A DNA stretch of 64,000 bases from Torpedo marmorata (GCA_977017645.1 OZ360225.1:98580001-98644000); one strand, 5' to 3'; positions 33,948-48,329 are shown, counted from the stretch's first letter. Program-made: numbers and translations. The notes: a model not told the origin generated them from the sequence alone.

Positions 33948-36784
33948 CTACTATACTGCAGAACATAATAAACAAGAATGTTTTGTTTGATCTGCAATGT
34001 TCCAGAGGCTTGTGTGGGTCTAGAAATTTGCTATAATTTTTTTACAACTTTATGTACAAATGTATTAAATGATAAAAGGTTAAACTTTTTGTTTATAATC
34101 CTTCAAAGCATAGAGCAACAGAAGCCACAGCCCTGCTCCCTAAGCATCATATGTTAGTTCTAACAAAGGCATCCATTTGCAGGCTGCCATGTATTTGTTT
34201 GGCAATCAATTTGTTTTTAAAGGATATCATTTTTTGTATATGTTTGTCAAACATTGTCTTGCAATCTGCAGACTCTACAGGATATTCAGAACTCCAATGG
34301 TTAATGCAAATGGATTTTTGATAAGCTTCAGGCCAGTTGCCCCCTCATTTATTAGCCCAGCTGATAGAAGAGATTTGATGAGACACTTCTGGCATAATTG
34401 AGTCATCATACAAAGAAGCCTGCTAGCATTCAGTGTTTTTTTTTATCAGCAGCAAACAGGCCTGATTACTGACAATTACACTCTGATCCATGAGGTAAGA
34501 AAGAGTAGGAAAAAGAGTGGTAAATTTGCACATGTTTATAGGCAGGCATAATTTCTGCATTCATTTCACATTTGGTATGTTTTCCACACAAATATAATAA
34601 ATGACAAATGGGAGAGTATGGTACATTCTACCTTAACACTACTTTATAATGAATACATCAGTGACCATCTGTAAGTTGAATGCATTACAGCAACTTCAGC
34701 ACAGCAAACTGTCTATTACAGTTCAATCCACAAGCAGAAAAATAGTAAATGCTTATTTTATGTGTTTGTTTTGCCATTGCAACCAACTAACCAAAAGTCA
34801 GAGATACAGTATTGAGTGGACTGCATTTTTTTAAAACTGGCATGAACAACTTATGTAACTGACGTAATGCATTAAAGGTCATAAGCATATGTTGTAAGAG
34901 TAACTTTGATCTATCAAACAAATAGGTACTCTTGTTAGCACAATCGATGCTGTGCAACTGCAATGGGTTAACAGAAATATAAATTATTCTTATTTACAAC
35001 AATGATCAAAGGTGGATTTAAATGATGACGCAGCTTTGTAATTTAGGCATCATTAGCTTATCAATTTGTGAGCAAATAAAATAATCTTGGGCCCTGTGGC
35101 ACAATACTTATTTCAGTGTAAATGCAAAAAAAAAAATATGGAAAGTTTGAATAATGGATTATCACTTCTGAGTTATAGAAAGATTATATTTTCAGTTACT
35201 CATAATTCCATTCGCATAATGTCACCCTTATGCATGTCATTGGTGACTTTGTTAATGGCTTTTAGTCCTCTGGTGCCAAAGAACATATTTCATTCTGTAA
35301 TACAATCCAGAATTGTGTGGCATAGAATTAATATTTAAATCCTAATTTAAAAATCTTTTGTGCTTCTGTGCCATGACTGGTATTATTGTGCAGAATGAGC
35401 AATCATAGATGATAATTAAAGTGAAGGAAATATAAATCTTTTTGGAGTTCCAGCACAATAAAGGGCAAAGGCCCCAAAAAGTTTCCTAAAAAATAAACAG
35501 TAATAAAACAAGAGAAACAGCAGCATCGTGTTTAGTGCCTCCAAGGGTATTTAATTGCCTTTGCTAAACTCAAATGAGAGAATAAAAAACAGCTATTTGA
35601 TCCACTCCATTAAAGGAGAGATTACCTGTCTTGCTTCACCATAGGGCAGGATTTGCCACAGTTTCCCTATCAGTAAATGAGGATGGATCGGGAAAGAGGA
35701 TATGAAAATACACCATTGTATCAGTGTTCCACTAAATAGAATTATCACCACATGTGCTAGTTTAAATCAAGGCAGTGAAAGTTCACTATATGTTTGTTGT
35801 GGGCATCTTTTCATTGTATGAAATTAGTTTTAGGATTTAATATTTGTGTTAAATATATTCAGTAATGAGTTTGTGTTTCAACTACAAAGACCAGACATGA
35901 ATCTGAAAAAACACATTTAGGGACCACCCAGTCCCTTCTTACAAAGGCAGGCAAGTGGTTTGCATGAAAGGTAATTACACAAAATAACAATATTATAAGT
36001 GTTTTGATGATTGACCCTTGCTTTTCTGTAATGGTCGACAAAAATATGCTCGCTAAGTACTTTGATTCAAGTATCAAAAATAATGTGGTTTGAGCTACAT
36101 ATGTCATATATTATTATTTACTAATTCAGTAAGTACAATTCCAGAAATCTTCTGCAATCTGCTGAACTAATAGGTGAGTGTCCAGGTGTCAACTAAATCC
36201 AGCTCTTCTCATGATTTAAGCCTAAAAAATAGTTTCCTCATCAACTAAATCCAAACTCTAAGTTACAGACATTGTTATCATTTTCAGTTACATTATATAA
36301 GGTGAATGTTCTTATGATTCTTTCTTACTTTGTTATTACACAAGTAATGCACTGACTGAAGCAAAATTAACACACTGTTAGTAAATTTAATAAATTGTGA
36401 TAATGATGCAGGCACTGAAAATTATCGCTTCATTAATTGAAGTCATCTACTAAAATGCATTGGAAAACTGTGAGCATGCACCAAAACAATATTAATAAGT
36501 TTAATATGGGTTAAATACTTCTCTCTTGTAAAAGTGACCAACTTCAACAATGGTTATTTGGAAATGGAGCGCTTGTGATATCTTTTAAATTGTGATATCT
36601 CTAACTAAATAATCCGAAAATAATAGCTTGATCCATCTGCAGGTCTCTCATAATTATAAATCCAAGGCAAAGAGACCCCTGATTTGCAATCCAACCATCT
36701 CAAATTAATTCCTTTTATCAGCTATGCACCTTGATTGCCTTGGCTATGTCAACAGAATCTATCAAATCCAAGACTTCCACAACC

Positions 36785-37030
36785 AAGGAGGACAAAAGCA
36801 ACAGGTGCATGGGAACACCAACATTTACACCATCTTGATCTAAATATATATTGCCAGTGATTCATCATTAATGGGTCAAAATCCTGGACCGAACTGACAA
36901 AACGCATTGTGGGAGCATCTTCACCAGAAAGATTGCACTAGTTGAAGAAAGTGGCTCACCAGCACTTTCTTAAGTATATTAAGGGATGGGCAACAAATTC
37001 TGGTGAGCCACCAATACACTCATTAAATAA
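36785..37030 (+). mobile_element. Old LINE 3' end (CR1/L2 group)
   Basis: GCAACAGGTGCATGGGAACACCA..GGGTCAAAATCCTGG..CATTGTGGG..GCTCACCAGCACTTTCT..GGGATGGGCAACAAA. Confidence 0.6.
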
Positions 37031-37289
37031 ACAGATAATAAAATAATCCTGTAAAATAGTTTAGATTACAATCAGAACTTGGATGTTCAAATAACTTGCT
37101 TCTCCTCCAGCGTTCGATGAAATCTCAACCTTTTCTTGTATTCCAGTTCACCTTTTCATCTTATACATGAGGTTGTTTGCAAGGAGCTCATGGTTGATTC
37201 TGTCTCCAAAAATGAAGCCATTCTTTCCCGTATATAAGGTCTGACTATATAATACTACAGAATCACTCATTTCCACCTCAGCACTCATG

Positions 37290-37900
37290 AGGCAATTCTC
37301 TAATCCAAAACCATTTAAATTCCCCGCCACATTCCCATGCCATCATGACTGTCCATGGTCTCATGCACTGCCAGACTGAGACCACCTGCAAATTTGAGGA
37401 ACAACACCTCATATTCTGTCTAAACACCTTTCAACCAGATGGCATTAACTTCAACTTCTTCAGTTTCTGTTAACCCCACCCCAACCCCCACAGTCTCGTC
37501 TTTCCCTATCCCTATGTTTCCTTTTCTCTAGCTCTGTGTGTGTATCTCTCTCTCTCTCTCTCCCCCTGTTTCCCTCTGTGTCCATTCCTTCAGCTCTGTA
37601 TTCACAGAGCCACCCTCCTCCCCCGATCTATTCCCACCTTTCCTCTCCTGTCCTCCTATCCATGTCCAATTATCACCTTTGCCTGTTGGTCTGTGCTCCT
37701 CCCCAAGCCATTTCTTCCCTTCTCCCCTAGCCTTTTTATTCAGGCATCTGTCTGCTTTTTGCTCATACCTTGATGAAGGACTCAGGCCCGAAATGTTGAT
37801 TATATATCTTTACCTGCTATGTACGCTGGGAGACCTGCTGAGTTTCTCCAGCATTTTTTGTGTTTATACTACAATCACAGTGTCTGCAGACTCTCACTCT
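37290..37900 (+). mobile_element. Penelope-like element 3' portion (GIY-YIG C-terminus + pLTR)
   Basis: CCATTTAAATTCC..GTCCATGGTCTC..AAATTTGAGGAACAACACCTCATATTC..CAACCAGATGGCATTAAC, homologous to 10640-10790; hammerhead motif at 37764-37804. Confidence 0.88.
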
Positions 37901-38094
37901 CTGATCCAAAGCCTTGACTTTATTCTGTTGATCCATTGGGACTCAACTCTCGAATACATAAGTTCCTTCTTTGGCTCTTGTCATGTAACTGCTTCCAGAG
38001 TTATGAAAGAAGTGGTATGGAGATCGTGGGGATTTAGATTGCCATCTCCCAAAATTCTACAGATTCTGCAATGGCATATACATAGAATTCAAAT

Positions 38095-38760
38095 TGTACA
38101 GCATGGAAACCAGCTATTCAGCCAACTTGCCTATGCCATCCAGTGGGCACTCTCCCATATTAATCCCATCTCCCAGTATTTACTGCATAGCTTTCTGTGC
38201 CAAAAAGATTCAAGTGGTCACCTCGACACTTCTTAAGCGCTGTTATTGGCCCATTATCTCAGGCAGTGCATTCTGGGTGTTTAACTCACTCTGGGTGAAG
38301 AAGATGCCCCTCATATCACTTCTATCTGATTATCCTAATTCTTTGTCCTTTAGTTTCATTCACCTCTGATTTGGGGAAACATTTTCTGCAGTTTGTCCTA
38401 TCTATATGCTTCATAATTTTACATACCTCAATCATATTCCCTCTTCACTTCCTCTGCTCTGGGAAGAAAAGATTATGTTTCTCCATTCTCTCCTTATAAT
38501 TGAACTGCTCTATCCTAAGCAACATCCTGGTGAAAATTCTTTGCACTCTCTCCAGCGTTATCACATCTTCCAATACCATGGTGAACAGAACTGTGTGCAG
38601 TATACCAGCTGAAGTTTAACTGAAGTTTTATAAAGTTGGAGCATAACTTCCCTAGTTCTGCAATGTGCTGACAAATAAAGGTCAGTATTGCATTTACCTT
38701 TCTAACCATGTTATCTAACTGTGTTGCTGATTTCAATGAACTCGGGGCTTGTACTCCAAA
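38095..38760 (-). mobile_element. Decayed CR1 3' fragment (appears to resume at ~39597-39780)
   Basis: MVRKVNAILTFI..; CAGAACTGTGTGCAGTA (YCTQF); CAACATCCTGGTGAA. Confidence 0.75.
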
Positions 38761-38770
38761 AAATAATAAA

Positions 38771-39596
38771 TGGTGGTGCTGTAATGGTAAAAGTGCCGCT
38801 GGTGCGGACCTGGGAGAATGGGGAGCAGAGACACAATGCTGCTCTGCAGGATCCTACTTCCCGGTTCGAATGCCAACGGCTCTGTACAGGCTTTAACCAG
38901 CCTGTTAAAGGAGCCGAAGGTGTTTTTTTTTTAGATCCTGCAACCACGGAGGTCTGTGCCCAAGATGGCAGCACCTGTGCTTGGCAGCGTACCACGAGGG
39001 GTTGTAGACTCCAGGGGAATACTGGACTGGTGCAGGGGAGAACACCCTTACCCCCCCTTGTTGAGAAGGAGAAGTATGGATGACAACCCTACAGGACAGT
39101 GAGCATGGCAGGGGACCAGCGAAGGGCTCAGCGGCTGAAGGACCCACACAGGCTGTGGGCTGTTGCCGACTTGCATTTGAAGTACTCATCAGGATGCGGG
39201 CTCCTGGCAGCCTACACAGGCTGTGGACTGCTGGAAACTGGCTCATGGGAATCAGGTATCTGAACCGGGATTCAAGAGGGTGCTGAGAGCAAGAAGGGTT
39301 CCTGAAGGACTTCAGGCGCTGAAGGCTTCTTGATCATATTGGAGGTTGGATGGCAGATTGCGAATGTTTTGAACTGGAGTCTGTGCGGCTGTATAGGCTG
39401 CAGGAGCACTTGATGTGAATCCACGGATACTCAGTGTCTCTGAATGAACTCTCTTTTGCTTCTCTTTCTCCTATTGTTAGGAGCATTGAGCAATGCTCAT
39501 GGCGACTCTTTGTTTGCCTTACAGCAGTTGAAGTCTATCATGTATATTACATTTTAATGTATTATTACATGACAAGAAAAGGAACCTTAGAACCTT
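38771..39596 (+). mobile_element. GC-rich non-coding retroelement, unassigned family, copy A
   Basis: Colinear with 61070-61770 (e.g. TCCTGCAACCACG.AGGTCTGTGCCCAAGATG, GCTCTGTACAGGCTT, GGACCCACACAG, GCTGAAGGCTTC.TGATC); ends ATTACATGACAAGAAAAGG(AACCTTAG). Confidence 0.8.
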
Positions 39597-42500
39597 TCCT
39601 CAATACTCTCTGAGACCCAACATTCATGGTTTATGTCTTAGCCTCATTAGTACTCTCAAAATGCTTTACCTCATTTGACGGGATTGAACTCCATCTGCTA
39701 TTTTTCAGCCTATTTCAGCAACACATAGAAATTTCCCTTTCACGCATCAACAACTCCTCCAATCTTCATGTCTTTTGACACTGAAGAAAGGAAGGAGAAA
39801 GGAAATTGAGAATTTTCCTCACCTGTTAGTCTGACATTAGCAGTGGGAAAAATGCTGGATTGTGAAATAAAGAATGTGATATCAAACTGTAAAGTGAGGG
39901 CCTGAATAAGCAAAGTCAATGTGGACCTGTGAAAGAGAAATATATTGGAGTTATTTAATGATGTATATAATAGGTAATTCTTTGTCTTCAGAAGTAGCTT
40001 CCATTACATTCAAAGCTGAGATGGATAGATTTCCAGATTTTAGGGGACCAATGAAAATAGGCAGAGGGTTGGACAATAATGTTGAAATGGAAGATCAGCC
40101 ATGACCTTGTTGAAAAGATGGAACTGAGCTGAGACAATGAATGGTTTCTCCTGTTCTTATTTCTTGTTTTCTTCTGCTTCCTCTCTTTGTATAATGACCT
40201 ACTTTCAAAATGGCTGACTATATAATTTTGACAAAAGCTCCATCTTTCATACCACAGACATCTCCAATTGATAAACATTCTTTGTTATACCTTACCTCTT
40301 CAGCTTTGCAGCATGTTTTATTCTCTTTTACCATTCTCAGGTTGTGTCTTTTTTTCCAATCTGGATTTCATAGTCAGTTTTCCATTGTCAAACTCACTGG
40401 AGATTGCAGTGCAATATTTCTTCTTAGCGTTTAGTACACCTCAGCAATGCAATCCTTTTCCAATATTTCTCCTCTCTCTCCCTTGCTGCTCTTGTGTATT
40501 TCCATTCTTGATTATCTCACATGTAATTGCTGCATGTTATCTGCAAACATGAACACTTCAAACATCCTCCAAATTGTGGGTGCCTCATCTATAATTTGGT
40601 ATTTCCTGAAGGTTCTTTAACTATGGAATTAGTACTCATTTTAACTATACTTAACCTTGTCTCTCTGCTGCGATTCAACTTCATAACTGTTACTGCAAAA
40701 TTAGATATTCAAAATGACAAACAAGATTTAGCTTGAACAATATGTTGCTTAACATTAACAAGTGAGACAAGATCCTACAGTATATGATGACTACCATAGT
40801 TTAGTTTCAGTCTCAGTTTCTTCCTGAATTTTTTGCTCAACTTTGTACCTGACTTCAAGTTTTACATCCAGTCTCTCAGCCAGACCATTTATTTTCTCCT
40901 CCAGGTTTATCCATATCTCAAAATTGTAATATTTTTCATGCCTTGTCACTTTAGCATTAACTTTGATACGTGCTTCAGCACCAGCTTTCTAAACACAACC
41001 TTCCCCATATCATCCTACGACAACTTTTTATTTAAATTTTATTGGCTTCTCCCCTGTCACCCTATTGTCAACAGCAGAACATCCAATATATTTTTCCATT
41101 CTTTGGAACTTGCCCTCCAGCGCTGTATATTTTGCAGCATTGTTAACTTTTTCAAAAGCTCCTTTAAAACCCACATATTTAACCTTGTCTATAGTTGCAA
41201 CCCTTATAGTTGCACATCTCCATCAAATCTTGAAGCCACTCTGAAGACAGTCCAAAATTTTGAAGAATTATATGAATATTGTTTTCAAATAACTAATCAT
41301 AAAATTCTAGGTTTGTGTGGGCAACAATTCTTTAAAAGAATAGCATTGATTGTAAACCCCAATGCCACAAAGGGGAAGATTGCTTCAGCTCATAACTTGG
41401 AAATTTATTAAAATCCTATAACAAAGTAGCAAGGTTTATTGCAGTTTATTGAATTTTTAATTGAATTCTTTATTATTATATGTACTGAGGTACACTGAAA
41501 AACTTTGTTTTGCAATACCCAAGTTCGTTTTATAGGTAAATAGAAACTCAATATATGTGATAGTCTGTGAAAAAACATTTAAATATGAACCTGCGATTTC
41601 CTGTGATCAATTCAACATCAATCTTGCTAACAGGAATTTTCTTTAAATTTCCAGTGGAACTCATTTGACTTTGTTAGGACATTTAAGACAAAATCAACCC
41701 CATCAATAGCAGAATAATCAATGGGCTTCTGTTTATCATGGAATTTATTTCTCTTGTTTCTGCTCCTCTTCTCTTGTGTTGTTACACAGAAGAATGTTAA
41801 TCACATTGGAAAAGTCTCTCATACTTGGTTGGTTCCTACAAAAGGGTCAAGGTCAGAAGAAGTCTGACTATATTGAGATTGATGCATTTTGGTTTAGAAC
41901 AATACATGTTTCAGTGTGGGCATATTCAAATTTAGAAATTGCATAAGAATTACTGTCAATCTATAAAAAAATTAAGTTACACTTATCCTGGTTAATTTTG
42001 GGCCAACTGTGCCAAAGTTTTAGTGTGCAAATCTACATTGACACAACACTGGTGTTAATATCAAAACCTAGCCATTGCACGTGAATTGGACATGGCGGAA
42101 ATCTTCAAAGAAGTTTGTGCATATCAATGTTTTCGCATAAAAATGGCATAAATGTGTTATAATCCATGGAAACATACAGCAAGTTACTACTTGCACACAA
42201 CAGTTGAGTACCATTACACAGCATAATGTTCTGGGAAATGTGGGCCCTCATTACTGATCCAAAATGTATTGTTCAAATTTGTCTAAGACCTGTATATTGG
42301 CTTGTAATTATTCATATCTCGTGGAATACTTTGCTTTTGAGTCAGTTTCCCCGACTAAAACATGAATGGTGAAGAAAAGCATTTTGGAAAATACTTCTTT
42401 CCTCAATGAATTTTAATTTTTATCCTTCAGTATCCATCTAGTCAAAACATTTTTTTGGTCCCCCTTTTTACTGAATGGACTTCTCTCCTTTGATCTATTC

Positions 42501-43002
42501 TTTTTGTTTTCTTCAATTAAAAATAACACCACTGTAAGATATGACATCACTCCATTAAAACCAAATGACACGGCCTACTCTTGAACTCTGATTATTTCAA
42601 TGACCACAAAATTGTGGGGTTCCTTTTCTCCCAGTCCTCCAAGAATCAACAGTTTACTGCTTCTATATGTGTTTCACCACCATATCTCTTTCAAGTTTGA
42701 TTCTATCCTTCAGAAGTGTGCTGTTCTCTTTAAGAAAAGAGTAAGGCATAATAACAGCAACAACATTTTGTAATGCCACCATATAGTTCCATTATTGTGT
42801 TCTCTATTTGCTTCTACCAATGGCACATTTATTTCACACTTTTCCATTGTGAATGCACAGGAAATGGACATTTAAGAATAATGTTCATTTTTGCTTATTG
42901 ATGCTGTCACCATAATTTTATTTAATAAATGTTTGTTAAAATTGTATTGTATTATTAAGGACAAATTATTTAACTTGAATTAGCCTGCTTGCTAATTAAA
43001 CA

Positions 43003-43345
43003 AACATTGACTTTTCTGCTTTCCACTAAACCTGTTTGTTGTTCCCTTCCCCTCCCCCCTCACCTGTCCTTCCTGGTTTCCTCCAGCTACCCAGCCACCC
43101 CTCCTCCCCCTCTTTGCTGCTGTCCCCTCCCTCCTTTCTCCACCTATCATCTCCTGCCTTTGCCACCCCCCCCCTTCCCCCCTCACTCCTTTGTTCGGAC
43201 GTCTGCCGGCATTTTCTCATACTTTGAAGAAGGGCTCAAGCCCGAAACGTCGGTTATGTATTTCTTCCTTTGCTACATAAAAGACACTGTTTGACCTGCT
43301 GAGTTCTCCAGCTTTTGTGTTTTTTACTCTAACCACGGTGTCTAC
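43003..43345 (+). mobile_element. Penelope pLTR (solo), near-identical to 10773-11097
   Basis: AACATTGACTTTTCTGCTTTCCACT...TTGAAGAAGGGCTCAAGCCCGAAACGTCGGTTATG...GACCTGCTGAGTT. Confidence 0.92.
43218..43258 (+). ncRNA. Minimal hammerhead ribozyme motif (Penelope pLTR)
   Basis: CATACT-TTGAAGA-A-GGGC(TCAA)GCCC-GAAA-CGTC-GGTTATG. Confidence 0.65.
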
Positions 43346-46300
43346 AGATTTTCGTGTTTACAAACAAATATATTTATTAGTTTCAAAAACTAAAACAGAA
43401 AACAATGAATAAAATAATGTTATATGAATGTACTCATAGTTTAATTGTTAAGAACAAACAGCCATTTCAACACACATCTTTCATCTGTTATACTTTACCA
43501 TTAGTCATGATAGTATGCACACAGTCACAATTGCTCGACTGTGTTATATAAATCCTTTCATTTCTCAACATTTGCATATAATAATGGGAACTTTGCCTGG
43601 AAATCAAAGTTGAATATAAAGAAAGATTTTATTGTGTGGCAGTGGCAGTCCTGCTGAATTCTAATAAAAAGTCATTGACTTGAAACTTTTGCTGTTTCTT
43701 TCACCTGGACTCTGAAGTATCTCCAGCAATTTCTGCTTTATCTCAGATTTGTAGCATCTGCATTTTTGCATGCACATTGCAATCTGAATTAATTTATTTT
43801 TCAAAATAGAAGCCTGGGGCTGCATCAAACTTTTTCTTTGTTATTGAGTTAGAGATGGGTTTGGTAAATGTAATGATTCAGATTGGACCTCAAGCTATTC
43901 TGTCACTTACAACTTTTGACCTCAAAGACTAACTGAAGGTGAAAGCAACCAGAAACTCTTAGTCCCATTTTGCACTGGAGAGCAATAATAAATGTTATTT
44001 GCAAATTTTTATATACCTGAAGTATATTGCATGCCACATCATGGAATTGTATGGCAATCTGATGGAATAAAAATGACATTTGCACAGAAATATGCTATTA
44101 AAGTTGACTACTGCAGTTTGCTGATACCCAAATAGACTTTGATGAAAAGAAACAAGAAACAGGCTTGGTTTAAGTGCTAAATTCCCACCACTACAGTAAT
44201 AAAGATCTGCATGTCAATACCAGTCCATTTATTTTCTGCCTGCACCTGATGGTGAGACTGAATTATCAATGCCATGCTGGAGAAGAATCACTGATTTAAC
44301 ACTAATTCCTAATCAGGTCTCACAAAAACGGGAAGCTCGCATGGCAGCTGTACTTTTCCCAGGGTTAATTACCTTTTGCTGCTCTCTCCTAATGAGTCAG
44401 CTGTTCCAGTCATTACACAACTTCACTTTGTTCATCTGTGGCTCTGGCCACTGCTCACAGATATGAGGCATGAACAAAGACAACTCCACATTTACTCCAA
44501 AAGCACATTTACTAGTTTAATGCTCCTTGAAAATATAGCAAAAGCTAAAATTAAAAAAAATCCTTCTTTAGTACCAAAAAAATGTATATAACTTTAATCT
44601 CAAATTTTCTCTATTTAAAAATGACTAATCTGTTTCTTTTTACTAGACTAAGTTGTTTCCCTTTTGCAATAATGTTTGGGAGGAGAAGATCGAATGTGGG
44701 AAAATTGTTACTGGTATATTTTATATTATCACCTTGTATTTAGTAATGTTTGAGTCTCAAAATCAAGCTTCATCTTTATGGATCATGCAATATTTTTATA
44801 ACTAAAAGAGAAGAAATAATTCACTTAGATTAAATAACAATCTTAAGTTTATATAAATCCTAACTATTAATTTTTAAATGCCTTTATGATTTTCTTCTAA
44901 AAGCCATGCATTCTTTGTAAAGAAATGAATTAAACAATGAACTAAACTTTGATAGCAGTGATAATAATGAACATTACTTTCATAAAAAGTTATAGAATTG
45001 AGTCCAATGTTTTTTTCAAGAAAATGCAAGTCTTATGATGTTAGAGAGAGAGAAAAAAAACAAAAGCCAATGAACTGCCTGCAGAAACAACAGATATAAA
45101 ACAGAGTTTTCATTGAACCATCAACTTTCCTTCTCTTTACACAGCTTTTAATTTTCAGATATAATGTTCATGCACTTGTATTTGACATGACCACAAGGAG
45201 CAGACAGTAACGTGCAGGGAAAATGCAGAAATGGATACTGGGAAGTGCAGACTTAAGTTAAGGGCAACAAGTAATGTTATTTTTTGGACAACATAGCCTA
45301 GAAAAATAAATTAGCGAGCAGCAGACAGTAATTTCTACATCAGTATTAGGAAGAAATATTGATATTTTGCCAGTAAGGGTTAGTTTGGGATTTTTTTTCC
45401 ATTGCAATTTAGAAAAGCCTGCCAAATCACCAGATGGCTCATGATTATAATTATGTGCATAAAAAAAACAACACTCTAATGCATAAGCTGTGCAAAATGT
45501 GAATTTGTTCTGAATCGATAAGAAAAAGTGATTTAGCAGGAAAGTGTGTAACGTAAAACCTCAGCTTATTGAATGCTGTTATTTAAAATGTACGAACAGA
45601 CTTGTGGGAGTTACTTTGCTGACCATATTTGTTAATAACAACATGACTTTCATTATGAAAATATGATACAGTAATGTATCAGAGAATTCATCATGAACAT
45701 TTTGCTAAGTGATAAATAAAATAAATGTGCTTCTGTGTTGCAATTAGTTAAACAAGTTCATCAAAATTTTGAATCAAATTATTGTCAGAAGTGCTATTTG
45801 ACTACACTTAACTAGCACACAAAGGTATACTATTAGTCTATCACAGCTTTGCTTTAAAACCAATGGCTACGTACATATCTACTTCATATTATCGGAAAAT
45901 TAAAATTTGCTAAAATTCTAAACTGTCAATTTGAAACCTTTCTCTTATTCTGTTGAGCAATCTATAACAGCCAGTTAATATTTACTATCAGCAATAAACG
46001 ATAGATTTTTTTCTCCACCTAGGCTATCTAAACCAATGTTTAAACAACATCCTACTGCGTGGAACTACAGCAGAGAGAAAGAAACATACTCATAGTAATG
46101 CAAACAGAGCCATCTGTGCAATGTCCTGTCAACACATCATTTTGTTCATTCACTGTTAGAACCTTAGGTGTTTTATTGATGTTAATAAGTTATGATTTTA
46201 ACAACAAGCACAGAGGGAGGACCAAAAATATTAATTCTTGTCCATAATTACCATATCACACATTTCATTAATTTAATTATATTTTGTATTGAATAAAAAG

Positions 46301-46849
46301 TCAGCTAATGCAAATCTGAAGATGTGAAAAGAGGATAAATTAAAAGGAATAGCAAGCAACTATAAAAATAAAGCAGTAGAGCTAGCTTTTCATGGAACCC
46401 AGGACTGGTAAGATTCAAATAAAATCAGAACATTTGCAGAAACTTCTTTTGATGTTTTCCAATAATAATAATATTAAAATGTCTGTTGAGATCAAATTTC
46501 AATTCTGTAAGTGTGGGCTGATTATTTGTTCATGTTTTCAACTGCAATGTGAAAGTACTTGCGACAGTAGCCATTAATAAAAAAAATATAAATTTAGATC
46601 GGATCAATAAATATGTAAAATATAACGGTCAAAATTCATATTTTTGAAGAATACTTGATTTAGCAACAGATAAAACATTATATCAGCTTAAAATTGTTTT
46701 TCTTTTGGAAGTCTAAGTTCTTTTATAGAATAAAGTAACTTTGCCTTCATGTGAAAAATTATTACTTTTCCTCAATGCTCTCATATCAGCTGCAGTTAAA
46801 GGGAAAGCGGATTTGCTCTTCTGTTCTCCAGGGTACAATTGTTAGACTG

Positions 46850-47070
46850 ACTTACCATTTCCCTTTTAGCCTTTGTTCTGCTTCTAAAACTGACACCAGG
46901 GAACCAATGATGAAGTACAAACAGGGGTGGGCCAGGTTACTCCAATGTGTCGCGTGCAACGTATGGGGACTCTCTGTGATACTCCAATGAGCTGCTAAGC
47001 TTTTTGTAGGCTTTGTGTCATTTACTTAACGACCAATCTCATTAGCTGCCTCGTACAATGGGCCAATGCA
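46850..47070 (-). promoter_or_regulatory. Candidate promoter/enhancer: five CCAAT pentamers + GT-box upstream of a minus-strand ATG|GTAAGT donor
   Basis: CCAAT at 46904, 46942, 46984, 47033 and 47063 (all plus strand); GGGGTGGG at 46924-46931; minus strand reads GGGAAATG|GTAAGT at 46863-46850. Confidence 0.35.
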
Positions 47071-48329
47071 TTTTCTGTGTAAATACAGTACCCAGTGGCC
47101 TTTGGGGTCGTACTTACTGTGTTCAGAGATGAATATTTACTGTAAATCACTGAGAGTATAGAAATCTTTAGATATCAACTCAAACTGACAAAGTAATTAA
47201 AAATATATTGATCATTGCCTTTAACAAAAAGGTTATCCAAATTAAAATAAAATTATGTATAATGGAATCTCTAAAAGTTATTATTGATAAATTGCATATA
47301 AATCTGGAAATTGATGATGTGGCAGAGAGAAGCAGTGAAAAATAAAAATAAATACAATTTACAAGTGACTGCAATTTCATGGCTTTTCTGTGCTATGAAT
47401 GTACACAGCATTTGATGATATCAACTCCATATACACATCAAAGTGACAGTGCGTAAATCCCTTTAATCAATAAAGCAGTGAAAAGCTTTCAACAATTATT
47501 CAGTACTCTTTCCTACTTCAAAAGCTAAATCAGAAATACAGCTCTGAAATTTCGAATTGCATTGATACAACATGAATTATATGGAATGCATTGAACATAA
47601 TACTTAGAAAACAGTTTCACTTCATGTTTCAATGCCATTTTTGCACCCCAAACTCTAAAATAAACTTATTATCTGCAAAAAGAGTATTGTTAGTAACCTG
47701 TTCTTTTTGCCATGTGTCAATTTTATGCTCACAACATAATGGCTTTACTCATATTCTGTTGTCTTTTCAACAATATATTCTGTACTTTGGAGTAATTAAA
47801 GTTTATTTCCCTTCTTTAACTGATTCAACCAGAGTTATACACCAATTAATATACATTCATCTTTTGTTCTCACTAGGTTTCAATTGAAGGTGCATGAGAT
47901 TGATTTATAAATATCTCTGTGGAGTCCACCAATGCTATTCTGTGACCAGTGCTGAAATATAACCAGAGGCTAAATTCCTGCCGATTCCCCCACTCCTAAT
48001 TTCTAACAAACCAGCAAGTCAACACTTCACAACAAAAATCAATAGATGGGCTGTTGCTAAATTCAACTACCTTAAGTCTCTGATTTCAAGGAGAATGGGG
48101 CAAATTGCAAGCTGGTATGATGATGCAATGGGAGATCACATTTGTATCTGATAAATTGGTTTCCTGTTCATATTTATGGGTAATTACTACTTTGCCAGTT
48201 GGTTGAAAGTGAAGTTTTGTATAACAGAGGAATGTAACAAAAGACCCAACAGATCATTCCTGGGATGGAATAAATGGTGAGGGGTGAGCCTTAAAGTTGC
48301 TGGGGAAAGAAAGATTCCTGGATCCAATA

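Noticed and set aside
37538-38236. 232-aa ORF
   Set aside because: Low-complexity read-through of the C/T-rich Penelope pLTR into unrelated and CR1-antisense sequence
40833-41411. 192-aa ORF in unique sequence
   Set aside because: Non-ATG start, F/S/L-biased composition from T-rich DNA, and no domain or splice support
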